Shown here: in pieces, positions 9,231 to 18,763 of the stretch
Layout of the letters: the number at the start of each line of letters is the position of its first letter
Position numbering within the stretch: the first letter of the stretch is position 1
Assembly: GCA_902805565.1 (NCBI GenBank)
Contig: CADCTP010000412.1
Coordinates: 1-53,213 of the forward strand
Direction of reading: 5' to 3'
Length of the DNA stretch: 53,213 nt
Source of the DNA: an uncultured Mycobacteriales bacterium
GTDB taxonomy: Bacteria; Actinomycetota; Actinomycetes; Mycobacteriales; CADCTP01
Notes under the pieces: generated by a model
Database searches by the model: none
The model's input: the letters and a program-made list of their open reading frames with translations, nothing else
Told to the model about the DNA's origin: nothing
Made by a program: the position numbers and the translations under genes

Positions 9231-10559
9231 GTGTGGTGGACATCTCCTGACCGTCCGGTATCAGGCCGCGCAGCCGCGGGGTTAGACCGCGTCGTGGGGA
9301 CCGGATCTCGACGTGCCTGGGCCATGTGGGGCCTCGGGGTCCTCGCCTACGTGGTCGCGGTCTTCGACCGCGCGTCGCTCGGCGTGGCCGGGCTGGACGC
9401 CCAGCAGCGGTTCGGCACCACGGCCGCGGTCCTTTCCCTCTTCGGCGTCGTGCAGCTCGGCGTCTACGCGGCGCTGCAGGTCCCGGTCGGCGTCCTGCTG
9501 GACCGCATCGGCTCCCGGCGGATGATCGCGGCCGGCGCGCTGCTCATGGCCGGCGGCCAGCTCCTGCTGGCCAACGCGGACGGCGTGCCGACCGGGCTGC
9601 TGGCCCGGGTGCTGGTCGGCGCGGGCGACGCGATGACGTTCATCAGCGTGCTGCGGCTGGTGCCGGCCTGGTTCCCGGCCCGGCGGGTGCCGGTGGTCAG
9701 CCAGCTGACCGGGCTGCTCGGCCAGGCCGGGCAGGTCGTGGCCGCGTACCCGCTGGTCGCCGGGCTGCACGGACCGGGCTGGACGCCGACGTTCAGCACC
9801 GCGGCCGCGGTCGGCGTGGTGGTGTCGGTGCTGGTCCTGCTGGGGCTGCGCAACGCCCCGGCCGGGGTGGCCCCGCTCGCCGCCCCGGACGGCCGGCGCG
9901 CCGCGCTGCGGGCGTCCTGGCGGGAGGCCGGCACCCGGCTCGGGCTGTGGACCCACTTCGTCACCCAGTTCTCCGGCAACACCTTCGCGCTGTTCTGGGG
10001 CTACCCGTACCTGGTGGAGGCGCAGGGGCTCAGCCCGGCCGCCGCAAGCGGGCTGCTCACCCTGCTGGTCGTGACGGGCATGGGCCTCGGGCCGCTGCTC
10101 GGCGCGCTGGCCGGGCGGTGGCCGGCCCGCCGCTCCACGATGGTGCTGGGCATCGTGCTCGGCAGCGCCGCGACCTGGACGCTGGTGCTGGCCTGGCCGG
10201 GGCGGGCCCCGCTGCCGGTGCTGGTCCTGCTGGCCCTGGCGCTGGCCTCCAACGGGCCGGGCTCGATGGTCGGGTTCGACTTCGCCCGCACCGAGAACCC
10301 GCCGGCCCGGCTGGGCAGCGCCAGCGGCATCGTGAACGTGGGCGGCTTCCTCGCCACCCTGCTGACCATCCTGGCCGTCGGCCTGCTGCTGGACGCCTCC
10401 GGCTCCTACCGGGTCGCGCTCTGCGTGCAATATCTATTCTGGGCCGTCGGCCTGCTCGGAGTGCTCCGGCACCGCCGCACGGTGCGCCGCCGCCGGGGCT
10501 ACGTGGTGGACGCGCTGCCGAAGGCGGTGGCCCGGAAGCTGGCGGCCACCCGGTCCTAG
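9231..10559 (+). CDS. MFS transporter
   Basis: The 442-aa ORF has many hydrophobic segments and an MFS loop motif, LLDRIGSRRMIAAG. The start is uncertain. The GTG at 9231 is the first in-frame start, and the first TM (WGLGVLAYVVAVF) needs a start upstream of about 9320. Confidence 0.8.
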   Translation: MWWTSPDRPVSGRAAAGLDRVVGTGSRRAWAMWGLGVLAYVVAVFDRASLGVAGLDAQQRFGTTAAVLSLFGVVQLGVYAALQVPVGVLLDRIGSRRMIAAGALLMAGGQLLLANADGVPTGLLARVLVGAGDAMTFISVLRLVPAWFPARRVPVVSQLTGLLGQAGQVVAAYPLVAGLHGPGWTPTFSTAAAVGVVVSVLVLLGLRNAPAGVAPLAAPDGRRAALRASWREAGTRLGLWTHFVTQFSGNTFALFWGYPYLVEAQGLSPAAASGLLTLLVVTGMGLGPLLGALAGRWPARRSTMVLGIVLGSAATWTLVLAWPGRAPLPVLVLLALALASNGPGSMVGFDFARTENPPARLGSASGIVNVGGFLATLLTILAVGLLLDASGSYRVALCVQYLFWAVGLLGVLRHRRTVRRRRGYVVDALPKAVARKLAATRS

Positions 10560-10607
10560 CTGATTAGGTCGGTGCCACAGCTGTCGAACACTCAGCGAGG
10601 AGTGCGC

Positions 10608-12272
10608 ATGACCGCGTTCGCCGATGCCCACCGGGAGACCCTCGACCGGGCGCTGGCCGCGCTCGCCGACCGCGGCTACTGGTCGGCCTACCCCGAGTCC
10701 CCGAGCCCCCGCGTGTACGGCGAGACCGCCGCCGCCGAGGGCCTGGCCGCCTACGAGGCCCACCTGGGGAAGCGGTTCGAGCTCGACCAGCCCGGCACCG
10801 TCGGCTGGGTCGGCGCCGAGCGCTCGCCGTACGGGCCGGAGCTCGGGGTGACCTATCCCCGGGCCGACCTGGATGTGCTGCTGGCCGCGGCCCGGGACGC
10901 CATGCCGGCCTGGCGGGACGCCGGACCGGCCGTCCGGGCCGGCGTCTGCGTCGAGATCGTCAACCGGATCAACCGGCGCTCGTTCGAGATGGCCAACGCG
11001 GTGATGCACACCAGCGGGCAGGCCTTCGTGATGGCCTTCCAGGCCGGTGGGCCGCACGCCCAGGACCGCGCCCTGGAGGCCATCGCCGTCGCGTACGCGG
11101 AGCAGACCCGGGTGCCGGCGACGGCCCGCTGGGAGAAGCCGCAGGGCAAGCGGCCCCCGGTGGTGATGGAGAAGACATACACGGTCGTCCCGCGCGGGAT
11201 CGGGCTGGTGATCGGGTGCACCACGTTCCCGACCTGGAACTCGTACCCGGGCCTGTTCGCTTCCCTGGCCTGCGGCAACCCGGTCGTGGTGAAGCCGCAC
11301 CCCGGCGGGATCCTGCCGCTGGCGATCACGGTGTCCATCGCCCGGGAGGTGCTGGCCGAGGCCGGCTTCGGCCGCGACCTGGTGACCCTGGTCGCCGAGG
11401 ACCCCGGCGGCACGGTCGCCTCCGACCTGGCGGTGCGGCCCGAGGTCAAGGTCGTCGACTTCACCGGCTCCACCGCGTACGGCGAGTGGCTGGAGGAGCA
11501 CGCCCGGCAGGCCTCGGTCTACACCGAGAAGGCCGGCGTCAACATGATCGTGCTCGACTCGACCGACGACTACGCCGGGATGCTGTCGAACCTGGCGTTC
11601 TCGCTGTGCCTCTACAGCGGCCAGATGTGCACCACCCCGCAGAACCTGCTGATCCCGGCGGACGGGATCCGGACCCCGGACGGCGTGCGCGGCGTGGACC
11701 AGTTCGCCGCCGACCTCGGCGCGGCGATCGACGCGCTGCTCGGTGAGGACAAGCAGGCCGTGGAGCTGCTCGGGGCCGTCGTCAACGACGCCGTGCTGGG
11801 CCGGGTCGAGGGGGCCGGGACGCTCGGCGACGTCGTCGTGCCGTCCCGCACGGTCACCCACCCCGCCTACCCGGACGCCCGCGTCCGCACCCCGGTCGTG
11901 GTGCGGGTGGCGGCCGACCGGCCGGACGTGTGGGGCGCGGAGTGCTTCGGCCCGGTCGCCTTCCTGGTGACCACCGAGTCCACCGACTTCGGCCTGGAGC
12001 TGCTGCGCCGGACCGTCACCGCCCGGGGTGCGCTCACCGCCGCGGTGTACTCGACCGACGAGAAGGTCGTGGCCGGCGCCCGGGAGGCCGCGCTGGACGC
12101 CGGGGTGGCGCTGTCGGAGAACCTCACCGGCGGCGTGTACGTCAACCAGAGCGCGGCGTTCTCCGACTTCCACGCCACGGGCGCGAACCCGGCGGCGAAC
12201 GCGGCGTACACGGACGCGTACTTCGTGTCCGGGCGGTTCCGCGTGGTGCAGTCCCGGCGGCACACCGCGTAG
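10608..12272 (+). CDS. paaN: phenylacetic acid degradation protein PaaN-type aldehyde dehydrogenase
   Basis: The ATG at 10608 is preceded by GAGGAG. The gene is 554 aa. It has an aldehyde dehydrogenase core with catalytic-Cys context YSGQMCTTPQN. The N-terminus RGYWSAYPESPSPRVYGE and C-terminus FHATGANPAANAAYTD are typical of PaaN. Confidence 0.8.
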   Translation: MTAFADAHRETLDRALAALADRGYWSAYPESPSPRVYGETAAAEGLAAYEAHLGKRFELDQPGTVGWVGAERSPYGPELGVTYPRADLDVLLAAARDAMPAWRDAGPAVRAGVCVEIVNRINRRSFEMANAVMHTSGQAFVMAFQAGGPHAQDRALEAIAVAYAEQTRVPATARWEKPQGKRPPVVMEKTYTVVPRGIGLVIGCTTFPTWNSYPGLFASLACGNPVVVKPHPGGILPLAITVSIAREVLAEAGFGRDLVTLVAEDPGGTVASDLAVRPEVKVVDFTGSTAYGEWLEEHARQASVYTEKAGVNMIVLDSTDDYAGMLSNLAFSLCLYSGQMCTTPQNLLIPADGIRTPDGVRGVDQFAADLGAAIDALLGEDKQAVELLGAVVNDAVLGRVEGAGTLGDVVVPSRTVTHPAYPDARVRTPVVVRVAADRPDVWGAECFGPVAFLVTTESTDFGLELLRRTVTARGALTAAVYSTDEKVVAGAREAALDAGVALSENLTGGVYVNQSAAFSDFHATGANPAANAAYTDAYFVSGRFRVVQSRRHTA

Positions 12273-12380
12273 GCGGCGCTGTCGGTGCCGGTCGGCGGGC
12301 CGAGCGTGGGCCCCGCCGGCCGGCGGGCCCACGCGGCGTTGCCAGGAGCTGCCCGGCCGGGCGCGGCGGTGCTTGGACCC

Positions 12381-12490
12381 GCCTGGTCCTGCCTGGTTCT
12401 GGTCCGGCCTGGTTCTGGTCGGGCCTGGCTCTGGTCGGGCCTGGCTCTGGTCGGGCCTGGCTCTGGTCCGGCCTGGCTCGGCTCTGTCCG
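12381..12490. repeat. 16-bp tandem repeat (GCCTGGYTCTGGTCSG), 5 full copies plus degenerate flanks
   Basis: Read directly: full units start at 12391, 12407, 12423, 12439 and 12455, with a partial unit at 12381 and a degenerate unit at 12471. The unit length is not a multiple of 3. The array lies in the convergent intergenic space between paaN and the anti-sigma gene. Confidence 0.85.
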
Positions 12491-12637
12491 GCCCGGCCCT
12501 GCCTGGCGCAGTGCGGCCGGCGCGGTGGGTGAGCCGGCGCGGCCGGCCCGGTGCGGCGCGCCGGTGCGGCCGGACGCGCCCGGTGCGGACGCGGTCCGGC
12601 CGTCTGACCCGGCCCGAACGGATGTGGTCGGGCCGGG

Positions 12638-13822
12638 TCAGCCGAGTGCGCCGCGCGCGAGGACGTCGCCCGGCGTCGTCGGCGTCGAGCCGGCCGGCTC
12701 CTGGCTCACCGCGAGCACCGGGTAGTCGCCGATCGCGCGGGTGAGCTGGACCGGGTAGGAGTGCAGCCCGTCCTGGGTCACCTCGAACGTCCCGAGCACC
12801 TGCGGGACCCCGGCGTCGCCGGCAGGCACCCCCCAGACGTAGTACGCCGTCGTGCCCGTGGTCGTCGGCAGCCCGTCGGTGACCACGTCGACCCGACCGT
12901 CCCGGACGACCACCGTGGCCAACGCCCGGTTACCGTCCGTGCTGGTCAGCGCGGCCACCCGGTCGGCGGACGCGATCGGCGCCGACACCGGGGCCGGCCG
13001 CGTCACCTGCCAGGTGGTCACCGCCGACAGCCCGACGAGGGCCGCCGCGGCGAACACCGAGACCAGCCGACGCCGGGACCGCCGAGCGCCGGGAACCGTC
13101 CCCGCCCGGGGTCCGTGCCGGCCGCCCCGGTCGATGAGGTGCCCCTCGCCGGTCCCCGCCGGCCGGCCGCCCGGGCCGGCGACCGGCCCGCGGTCGACAT
13201 CGGCCCGCGTGTCGCCGGCCCCGAACTGCGTGCCGCCGTCGTCCCCGGCGTCGGCTGTCCGGCCGCGCGGCGCCGCCGCGTGCCGGCCGTAGCCGGCGGC
13301 CGGGTCGTCGTCCCCGCTCCCGTCATCCGCGGGCGTCCCGTCGCCCGGCCGGTCCAGCGGGCGACTCGGCCGGACCACGCGATCGGTCGGCCGGTTCAGG
13401 GGGTGACTCGGCCGGTGAACGCGATCGGTCGGCCGGTCCAGACCGTCGCTCGGCCGGTCCGCGCCGTCACTGGGCCGGTCCGTGCGGTCGGTGCGCCGGT
13501 CCGCACCGTCGGCCGGCCGGTCCGCGTTCCACCCCGCGGGGTGGCGGAGGCTCTCCGACGACCCTCCCGGGGCCGGTGACTCAGGGATCGCGGCCGAGAG
13601 CACGCGCAGCCGGAGCGAGGGCGGTGGGGCGATGTCCGGTACGCCGTAGGCGAGCTCCACCGCGACCTCGAGCGCGTCCCGTACCGTTCGCTCGCAGTCG
13701 TCGCAGCCCGCCTGGTGCGCCTCGAAGCGCTCCTGGTCCGCGGGCTCCAGGGCATCGATAGCCCAGGCCACGGCCAGCGCCGCGAACTCCTCGTGCCCCT
13801 TCGGCAGAACCGGAGCGCTCAT
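12638..13822 (-). CDS. anti-sigma factor (zf-HC2 N-terminus, TM helix, RskA-like extracytoplasmic C-terminus)
   Basis: 394 aa. The H-x3-C-x2-C motif is HQAGCDDC. The TM helix is LVSVFAAAALVGLSAVTTW. The C-terminus AYYVWGVP...VLAVSQEPAGS is typical of RskA. The start ATG overlaps the stop of the upstream ECF sigma gene (ATGA). Confidence 0.8.
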   Translation of the reverse strand: MSAPVLPKGHEEFAALAVAWAIDALEPADQERFEAHQAGCDDCERTVRDALEVAVELAYGVPDIAPPPSLRLRVLSAAIPESPAPGGSSESLRHPAGWNADRPADGADRRTDRTDRPSDGADRPSDGLDRPTDRVHRPSHPLNRPTDRVVRPSRPLDRPGDGTPADDGSGDDDPAAGYGRHAAAPRGRTADAGDDGGTQFGAGDTRADVDRGPVAGPGGRPAGTGEGHLIDRGGRHGPRAGTVPGARRSRRRLVSVFAAAALVGLSAVTTWQVTRPAPVSAPIASADRVAALTSTDGNRALATVVVRDGRVDVVTDGLPTTTGTTAYYVWGVPAGDAGVPQVLGTFEVTQDGLHSYPVQLTRAIGDYPVLAVSQEPAGSTPTTPGDVLARGALG

Positions 13823-14481
13823 CGCGAACCCCCCTCGATCTCGTCCGCGATCGCCAGACCGTTGAGGTCCGACAGATCGTCCAGTGCTGCCCGTAAGTTG
13901 TGCATCGCCCGGTGCATCCGGGTCTTGACCGTCCCGAGCGGTGTACTCGTCAACGACGCGATCTCGCGCTGCGTGTAGCCGCCGTAGTAGGCCAGCGTCA
14001 GTGCCTCACGCTGGGACTCGGGCAGGTCCTTCAACGCCCGGCGGACCCGCTCACCGCGCAACCGTTCCTCGACCGCGTCCTCCGGCCGGTTGGCCGGCGG
14101 ATCGGAGGCGTCCAGGCCCTCCACCGCCTGCAGGGCCATCACGCGCCGGCGGACCGCCTCCTCCCGGCGTACCGCGTCGACCGCCTTGTGGTGCACCGCG
14201 GCGAGCAGCCAACTGGCGAAGCCACCGCGATGCGCCTGGAACCGTTCCGGACTGCGCCAGACTGCGAGGAAGACCTCCTGCACGGCCTCCTCGGCGAAGG
14301 TCGGGTCCCCGGTGACCCGGCGGGCCAGGGAGTAGGCGGGCCGGGCGTACCGGTCGTAGAGGTGCTCCAGTGCGCGGCTGTCGCCGCCGGCCACCCGCTC
14401 GACGAGCGCGGCGCACCAGGCGTCCTCGTCAGATCGGGAGGGCGGCGTCGGACTATCGGCGACCACTCTCACGCACCGCAT
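13819..14481 (-). CDS. ECF-type RNA polymerase sigma factor
   Basis: Region 2 is YDRYARPAYSLARRVTGD...AEEAVQEVFLAVW. Region 4 is LPESQREALTLAYYGGYTQREIASLTSTPLGTVKTRMHRA. Start candidates are ATG 14481, GTG 14472 and GTG 14466. The remainder of track ORF 13819..15207 is Arg/Gly-rich shadow. Confidence 0.85.
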   Translation of the reverse strand: MRCVRVVADSPTPPSRSDEDAWCAALVERVAGGDSRALEHLYDRYARPAYSLARRVTGDPTFAEEAVQEVFLAVWRSPERFQAHRGGFASWLLAAVHHKAVDAVRREEAVRRRVMALQAVEGLDASDPPANRPEDAVEERLRGERVRRALKDLPESQREALTLAYYGGYTQREIASLTSTPLGTVKTRMHRAMHNLRAALDDLSDLNGLAIADEIEGGSR

Positions 14482-14507
14482 TCGCCCTGGACACCCTGAA
14501 CGGTTCC
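14480..14507 (-). promoter_or_regulatory. possible ECF-type promoter (GGAAC-N18-CGAAT) overlapping the ATG at 14481
   Basis: The minus strand reads GGAACC gttcagggtgtccaggg CGAAT gcggtgcGTG. If it is functional, transcription would start just before GTG 14472 or 14466, giving a leaderless or near-leaderless sigma mRNA. Confidence 0.3.
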
Positions 14508-14647
14508 GTCCCCCCGTCCCAGCGCCCTCCGTGACCGCGCCGGAACGCCCATGGCTCCGTATGCCGCCCGACCCCCCGCACGACCGACGGACCTCGACCG
14601 CCCCGATCCACGCCATCGCGCGCGCCGCCCCGACGCAGTGTCGGGAG

Positions 14648-14681
14648 GTGCTGCCTGGACCCGTGCTGCCTGGACCCGTGC
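14648..14681. repeat. 15-bp tandem duplication (GTGCTGCCTGGACCC x2 plus a partial third copy)
   Basis: Two identical units at 14648-14662 and 14663-14677 are followed by GTGC. The repeat is intergenic, between the APP1-like gene end and the ECF sigma start. Confidence 0.8.
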
Positions 14682-14726
14682 CCCGCCGCGCCATGTCCCG
14701 CCGCGGGCCCGGGGCGCCAGGGCGGC

Positions 14727-16232
14727 TCAGTGCCGGGTGGCGGCGCTGACCGCTCCCACGTCCGCGGCGTCCAGCAGCCCCAGCCCGGCGGCGTGCCGGG
14801 CGATGTCCACGCTGTCCTCGACTGCCACCATCGGGACGCCGGCCGCGGCTGCCCGCCGGGCCAGTGCGTCGACCTCGACAGCCCGGGCCGGGGAGATCGA
14901 CGGCGTGCGCCGCACGTACACCGCTCGCACCCGGTCCGGCGACTCCACCGCGACCGTCGCGTAGATCTCCGGGTCGAGTTGCCCGGTGTCCCCGATGAGC
15001 ACGACCTGCAGTGCCGGGTGCTCGGACAGCAGCGTCCGGATCATCGTGAGCTTGTGTTCCTCGGCGGTGACCCGGAACCAGTTGGTCCGGCTCGGGCCCC
15101 AGTCGGTGAGCATGAGCGGCCCGGTCGGGAACCCGCGGAGCACCATGAACCGCGCCAGCAGCTCGTACAGGTTCCACGGGCTGGTCGAGAGGTAGAACAC
15201 CGGGCAACCGGCCGTGCCGGCGCGTGGCGCGGTCAGTGCCCGGTAGAGCTCGGCCGCCCCCGGCAGCGGGGTCCGGTCGGTCACGCTGGTGAGCAGGGTC
15301 AGCCGCAGGAACTCCAGCCCGCGGGTCAGACCGGTCTCGATCACCGTGTCGTCCAGGTCACTCACCAGGGCCAGCGTCGCCTCCGGGTCGACGATGAGCA
15401 CCGGCACCGCCATCTCGGTGGAGTGCCCGCGCCGGGACGCGGCCACGGTCAGCTCCTGCCAACCCGGCGTCAGCCCGGCGCCGTCCACGGCCACGTCCAG
15501 GTAGCCCTGCCGGTCGCAACGCACCACCGTCGCCCCGGCCGGGGCCCGGACGGTCACCCGGATCCGCGGCAGCTCCACCGTGAAGAACGGTGTCAGCGAC
15601 TCGCGCAACGTCCGCCAGGTCCCCAGCCGGGCCGACGCCGACCGCCGCTCCGCCCGCCGCCCCCCTCTGCCGCCGGCCACCGCGGTCCTTGCTGACCGCC
15701 CCCCGCCACCACCGCCTGCCCCTCCGTCGCCGGCCGTGCCCGCGGCACCCCGCGGGCCTGCAGTGCCGGCCGGGCCCGCGGCGCCGGCCGTGCTCCCCGG
15801 GTTTGCCGTGCTCGCCGCTTCGCCGGTGCTTCCAGCCCCGGTCATGCCGGCTGTGCCAGCAGCGCCCGGCGTATCCGCTGAACCGGCATCGTCGAGCGTG
15901 CCACCGGGCCGCGCCGCGCGACCGTCACCTGCCCCTACGTCAGCACCTGGCCTGACATCGTCGCCTGGGCCTGCGCCGGTGCCGTCACCTGTCCCGGGCT
16001 CGGGAGCCGTCGTCGCGTCGGCACCGTCGCCGGCCGGCGCAGGCTCGTCGGAGACGACGACCGTGGTCGCCGCGTCGCGGGCGGCCTTGCTGCCCAGCAC
16101 CACCCGGGCCCGGACGTGCACCAACTCGGGGGAACCGTGTCCGATGAAGGGCAGCACGGTCACCTGGCGACGGCCCCGGAAGCCGGCGACCTCGACCAAG
16201 GTGATCTGCACGATGTCCTCTACGGCGAGCAC
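14727..16232 (-). CDS. APP1-family phosphatidate phosphatase-like protein (DUF2183) with a low-complexity insertion
   Basis: The C-terminal catalytic region is ALVSDLDDTVIETG...FYLSTSPWNLY...VLIGDTGQLDPEIY (DxDxT HAD-like motif). The start is uncertain. GTG 16232 (VLAVEDIV...) is chosen because the upstream DUF4177 gene ends at 16274. An Ala/Gly/Thr/Pro-rich segment of about 155 aa occupies roughly 15621-16091. Confidence 0.7.
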   Translation of the reverse strand: MLAVEDIVQITLVEVAGFRGRRQVTVLPFIGHGSPELVHVRARVVLGSKAARDAATTVVVSDEPAPAGDGADATTAPEPGTGDGTGAGPGDDVRPGADVGAGDGRAARPGGTLDDAGSADTPGAAGTAGMTGAGSTGEAASTANPGSTAGAAGPAGTAGPRGAAGTAGDGGAGGGGGGRSARTAVAGGRGGRRAERRSASARLGTWRTLRESLTPFFTVELPRIRVTVRAPAGATVVRCDRQGYLDVAVDGAGLTPGWQELTVAASRRGHSTEMAVPVLIVDPEATLALVSDLDDTVIETGLTRGLEFLRLTLLTSVTDRTPLPGAAELYRALTAPRAGTAGCPVFYLSTSPWNLYELLARFMVLRGFPTGPLMLTDWGPSRTNWFRVTAEEHKLTMIRTLLSEHPALQVVLIGDTGQLDPEIYATVAVESPDRVRAVYVRRTPSISPARAVEVDALARRAAAAGVPMVAVEDSVDIARHAAGLGLLDAADVGAVSAATRH

Positions 16233-16273
16233 GACCCGCAGCGCGAGCCGGCCCAGCCGTGCCGTGTCGATGT

Positions 16274-16480
16274 TCAGCTGCGTGCCCGTTCGAACGTCAC
16301 CAGCAGGCCGTCCACGCCCCCGGGCCCGATCCGGCCCTTCACCTCGACGGCGGTGATGGCCTTCAACTGCCAGCCGCCCTTGGCGTTGTCGTTGAGCAGG
16401 CGCTGCAGCTTGTCGCCGGACATCTTTCCGCCGACCAGCCCTTCCCGGACTTCGACCACGCGGTACTCGTACTCGGCCAT
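16274..16480 (-). CDS. DUF4177 domain-containing small protein
   Basis: The 68-aa product MAEYEYRVVEVREGLVGGKMSGDKLQRLLNDNAKGGWQLKAITAVE has the typical DUF4177 pattern (YEYkvv...GWeLv). Confidence 0.7.
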   Translation of the reverse strand: MAEYEYRVVEVREGLVGGKMSGDKLQRLLNDNAKGGWQLKAITAVEVKGRIGPGGVDGLLVTFERARS

Positions 16481-16534
16481 CCCGTGACGCTACCGGCCCG
16501 GCCGCACGGGACTGAAGGGTGTGTCGCCCACGGG

Positions 16535-18529
16535 CTACGGACCCGCCCGGCCGGTGCCGTCGGCCGCCAGGGTCTCGTCCAGCCGGATCACGTGCATCAC
16601 CGCGTTGATCAGCGCCAGGTGGGTGAAGGCCTGCGGGAAGTTGCCCAGGTGACGCCCGGTGCGGGGGTCCAGTTCCTCCGCGTACAGCAGGAGCGGGCTC
16701 GCGTACCCGAGGAGCTTCTCGCACAGTGCCCGGGCCCGTGCCTGCTCCCCGATCTCGCACAACGCCGAGACGAGCCAGAAGGAGCAGATGGTGAAGGTGC
16801 CCTCCTCACCGGCGAATCCGTCGTCGGTCTCCTTGGTTCGGTACCGCAGGACGAGGCCCTCGTCGGTGAGCTCGTCGGCGATCGCCAGCACCGTCGCCCG
16901 CACCCGCGGGTCGTCCGCCGGCAGGAAGCGCAGGAGCGGCACCAGCAGCATCGACGCGTCCAGCGCGGTGGTGTCGTAGTGCTGGGTCAGCACACCGCGC
17001 TCGTCGACCGCGTTGGCCAGCACGTCGGCGCGGATCTCGTCGGCGGTGGCCTGCCAGCTCGCGGCCAGCTCCCACTCCTCGCGCAGCCGGGCCAGCCGGC
17101 TGCCGCGGTCGACCGCCACCCAGCACATCACCTTGGACGAGGTGAAGTGCTTCGGCTCCCCGCGGACCTCCCAGATCCCCCGGTCCGGCTCCTTCCAGTG
17201 CCGGATGGCGTTCTCGACCTGCCTGCGCAGCATCGGCCACACCCGGTCGTCGAGCCGGTCCCTTGAGCGGGTGTGCAGGTAGACCGAGTCCAGGACGGCG
17301 CCCCACACGTCGTTCTGCTGCTGCCGGTAGGCCTCGTTGCCGACCCGGACCGGCCGCGCCCCCTCGTACCCCTGCAGATGCGGAAGCTCGGTCTCGGTCA
17401 GGTCCCGCCGGCCGTCAATGCCGTAGACGATCTGCAGGTCCCCATCGCGCTCGGCCACGTCGGTGATGAAGTGATAGAAGTCCGTGGCTTCCCAGTCGAA
17501 GTTCAGCGTGTAGAGGCCCCACAGGGCGAACGTCGAGTCCCGGATCCAGCTGTACCGGTAGTCGTAGTTGCGCTCGCCGCCCGGCGTCTCCGGCAGCGAC
17601 GTGGTCGCCGCCGCGGCAATGGCCCCGGTCGGCGCGTAGCTCAACCCCTTGAGCGTCAGCGCGCTGCGCGCCAGGTACGCCTTCCACGGATGGTCCGGGA
17701 TCCGCCCGCCGGCCAGCCAGTGCTGCCAGTGGTGCGCGGTCCAGGTCAGCCGCTTGTACGCCTGCTTGTAGGTCTTGGGTGGCTTGGCGTCCCCCCAGGA
17801 CAGCGTGCAGAACCGGGTCTCGCCCTCCTTGAGCAGGGTGCGCGCGACCGCCCGCGGCCCCTCGAATCCCAGCCGGAGGTCGGTGGTGAGGGTGAGCGGC
17901 AGGTCGCCGTCCTCCTCGGACATCGCCACGGCCTGGTGGTAACCGCCCGCGGTGTGCTCCCAGGTCGCGCGGCGCAGCCCGTACCCGAACGCGGGCTCGC
18001 ACTCCATCAGCAACTGCACCTCGCCGTTCACGCACCGCACGGTGCGGACGAGCATGTGCGCGGCGGCGTAGTCCGTCGGCGGCCGGTGGTACGTCGAGCG
18101 CTGCGGGTCCTTCACCCGCCACGGGCCCACGACCAGCGCGTCCCGCACGATGATCCAGCCCTCGCCGACGTTCCAGCTGGTCTCCATCACGAGCGTCCCG
18201 GGCAGGTAGCGCCGGTCGTGGGGCACGGAGGCCTCGGCCGCGCCGAGCCGGAAGTACCCGGCGCCGCGGTCCAGCAGCGCGCCGAACACGCTGGGTGAGT
18301 CCATCCGCGGCGTGCACATCCACTCGACCGCGCCGTTCGGCGCGACCAGCGCGTTCGTCTCGCAGTCGGAGAGGAACGCATAGTCGCCGATCGGCGGGTA
18401 GGGCGAGCTGGTGGCCGGCGTAGCGGGCAGCCCGACCGGGGGCAGGCCGTCGGGTCCCGGCGCGGCCGCCTCGACGTCGTGCGTCGACGGACCGGCCTCC
18501 GCGGTGTTGGTCACCACTGAATGATCCAC
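16535..18529 (-). CDS. glycoside hydrolase family 15 protein (glucoamylase/trehalase-like)
   Basis: GH15 hallmarks are YPPIGDYAFLSDCETNALVAPNGAVEWMC, ERNYDYRYSWIRDSTFAL, GIWEVRG and EEGTFTICSFWLV. The start is set to GTG 18529 (alternatives 18517 and 18514). The track ORF N-terminal extension to 18829 is Arg/Gly/Thr-rich shadow. Confidence 0.85.
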   Translation of the reverse strand: MDHSVVTNTAEAGPSTHDVEAAAPGPDGLPPVGLPATPATSSPYPPIGDYAFLSDCETNALVAPNGAVEWMCTPRMDSPSVFGALLDRGAGYFRLGAAEASVPHDRRYLPGTLVMETSWNVGEGWIIVRDALVVGPWRVKDPQRSTYHRPPTDYAAAHMLVRTVRCVNGEVQLLMECEPAFGYGLRRATWEHTAGGYHQAVAMSEEDGDLPLTLTTDLRLGFEGPRAVARTLLKEGETRFCTLSWGDAKPPKTYKQAYKRLTWTAHHWQHWLAGGRIPDHPWKAYLARSALTLKGLSYAPTGAIAAAATTSLPETPGGERNYDYRYSWIRDSTFALWGLYTLNFDWEATDFYHFITDVAERDGDLQIVYGIDGRRDLTETELPHLQGYEGARPVRVGNEAYRQQQNDVWGAVLDSVYLHTRSRDRLDDRVWPMLRRQVENAIRHWKEPDRGIWEVRGEPKHFTSSKVMCWVAVDRGSRLARLREEWELAASWQATADEIRADVLANAVDERGVLTQHYDTTALDASMLLVPLLRFLPADDPRVRATVLAIADELTDEGLVLRYRTKETDDGFAGEEGTFTICSFWLVSALCEIGEQARARALCEKLLGYASPLLLYAEELDPRTGRHLGNFPQAFTHLALINAVMHVIRLDETLAADGTGRAGP

Positions 18530-18763
18530 GGTCGGAGCCGATCCGGTGGGATCCGGCCGAAGTTCGAGATGGCACCCGGCGAGTCGCCGGCCACCTCCCG
18601 TGCCGGCCGTCCCCGTGCCGGTCGACCGTGCCCGCCGGGTCGTCGGTCGGGTCCTGCCCGGTGAGCCTCGACGGGTCCGCCGTCCGGGGAGTGCCGGCGG
18701 CGCGGGGCGACCGCGCGCAGGACCGAACCAATCCACGAACCCCCTCGGTGACGAACTCCTCTC

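Noticed and set aside
12381-12490. Possible CRISPR array, suggested by regular short direct repeats
   Set aside because: The units are contiguous, with no spacers, and are only 16 bp long. No cas genes are in the window. The array is a simple tandem repeat.
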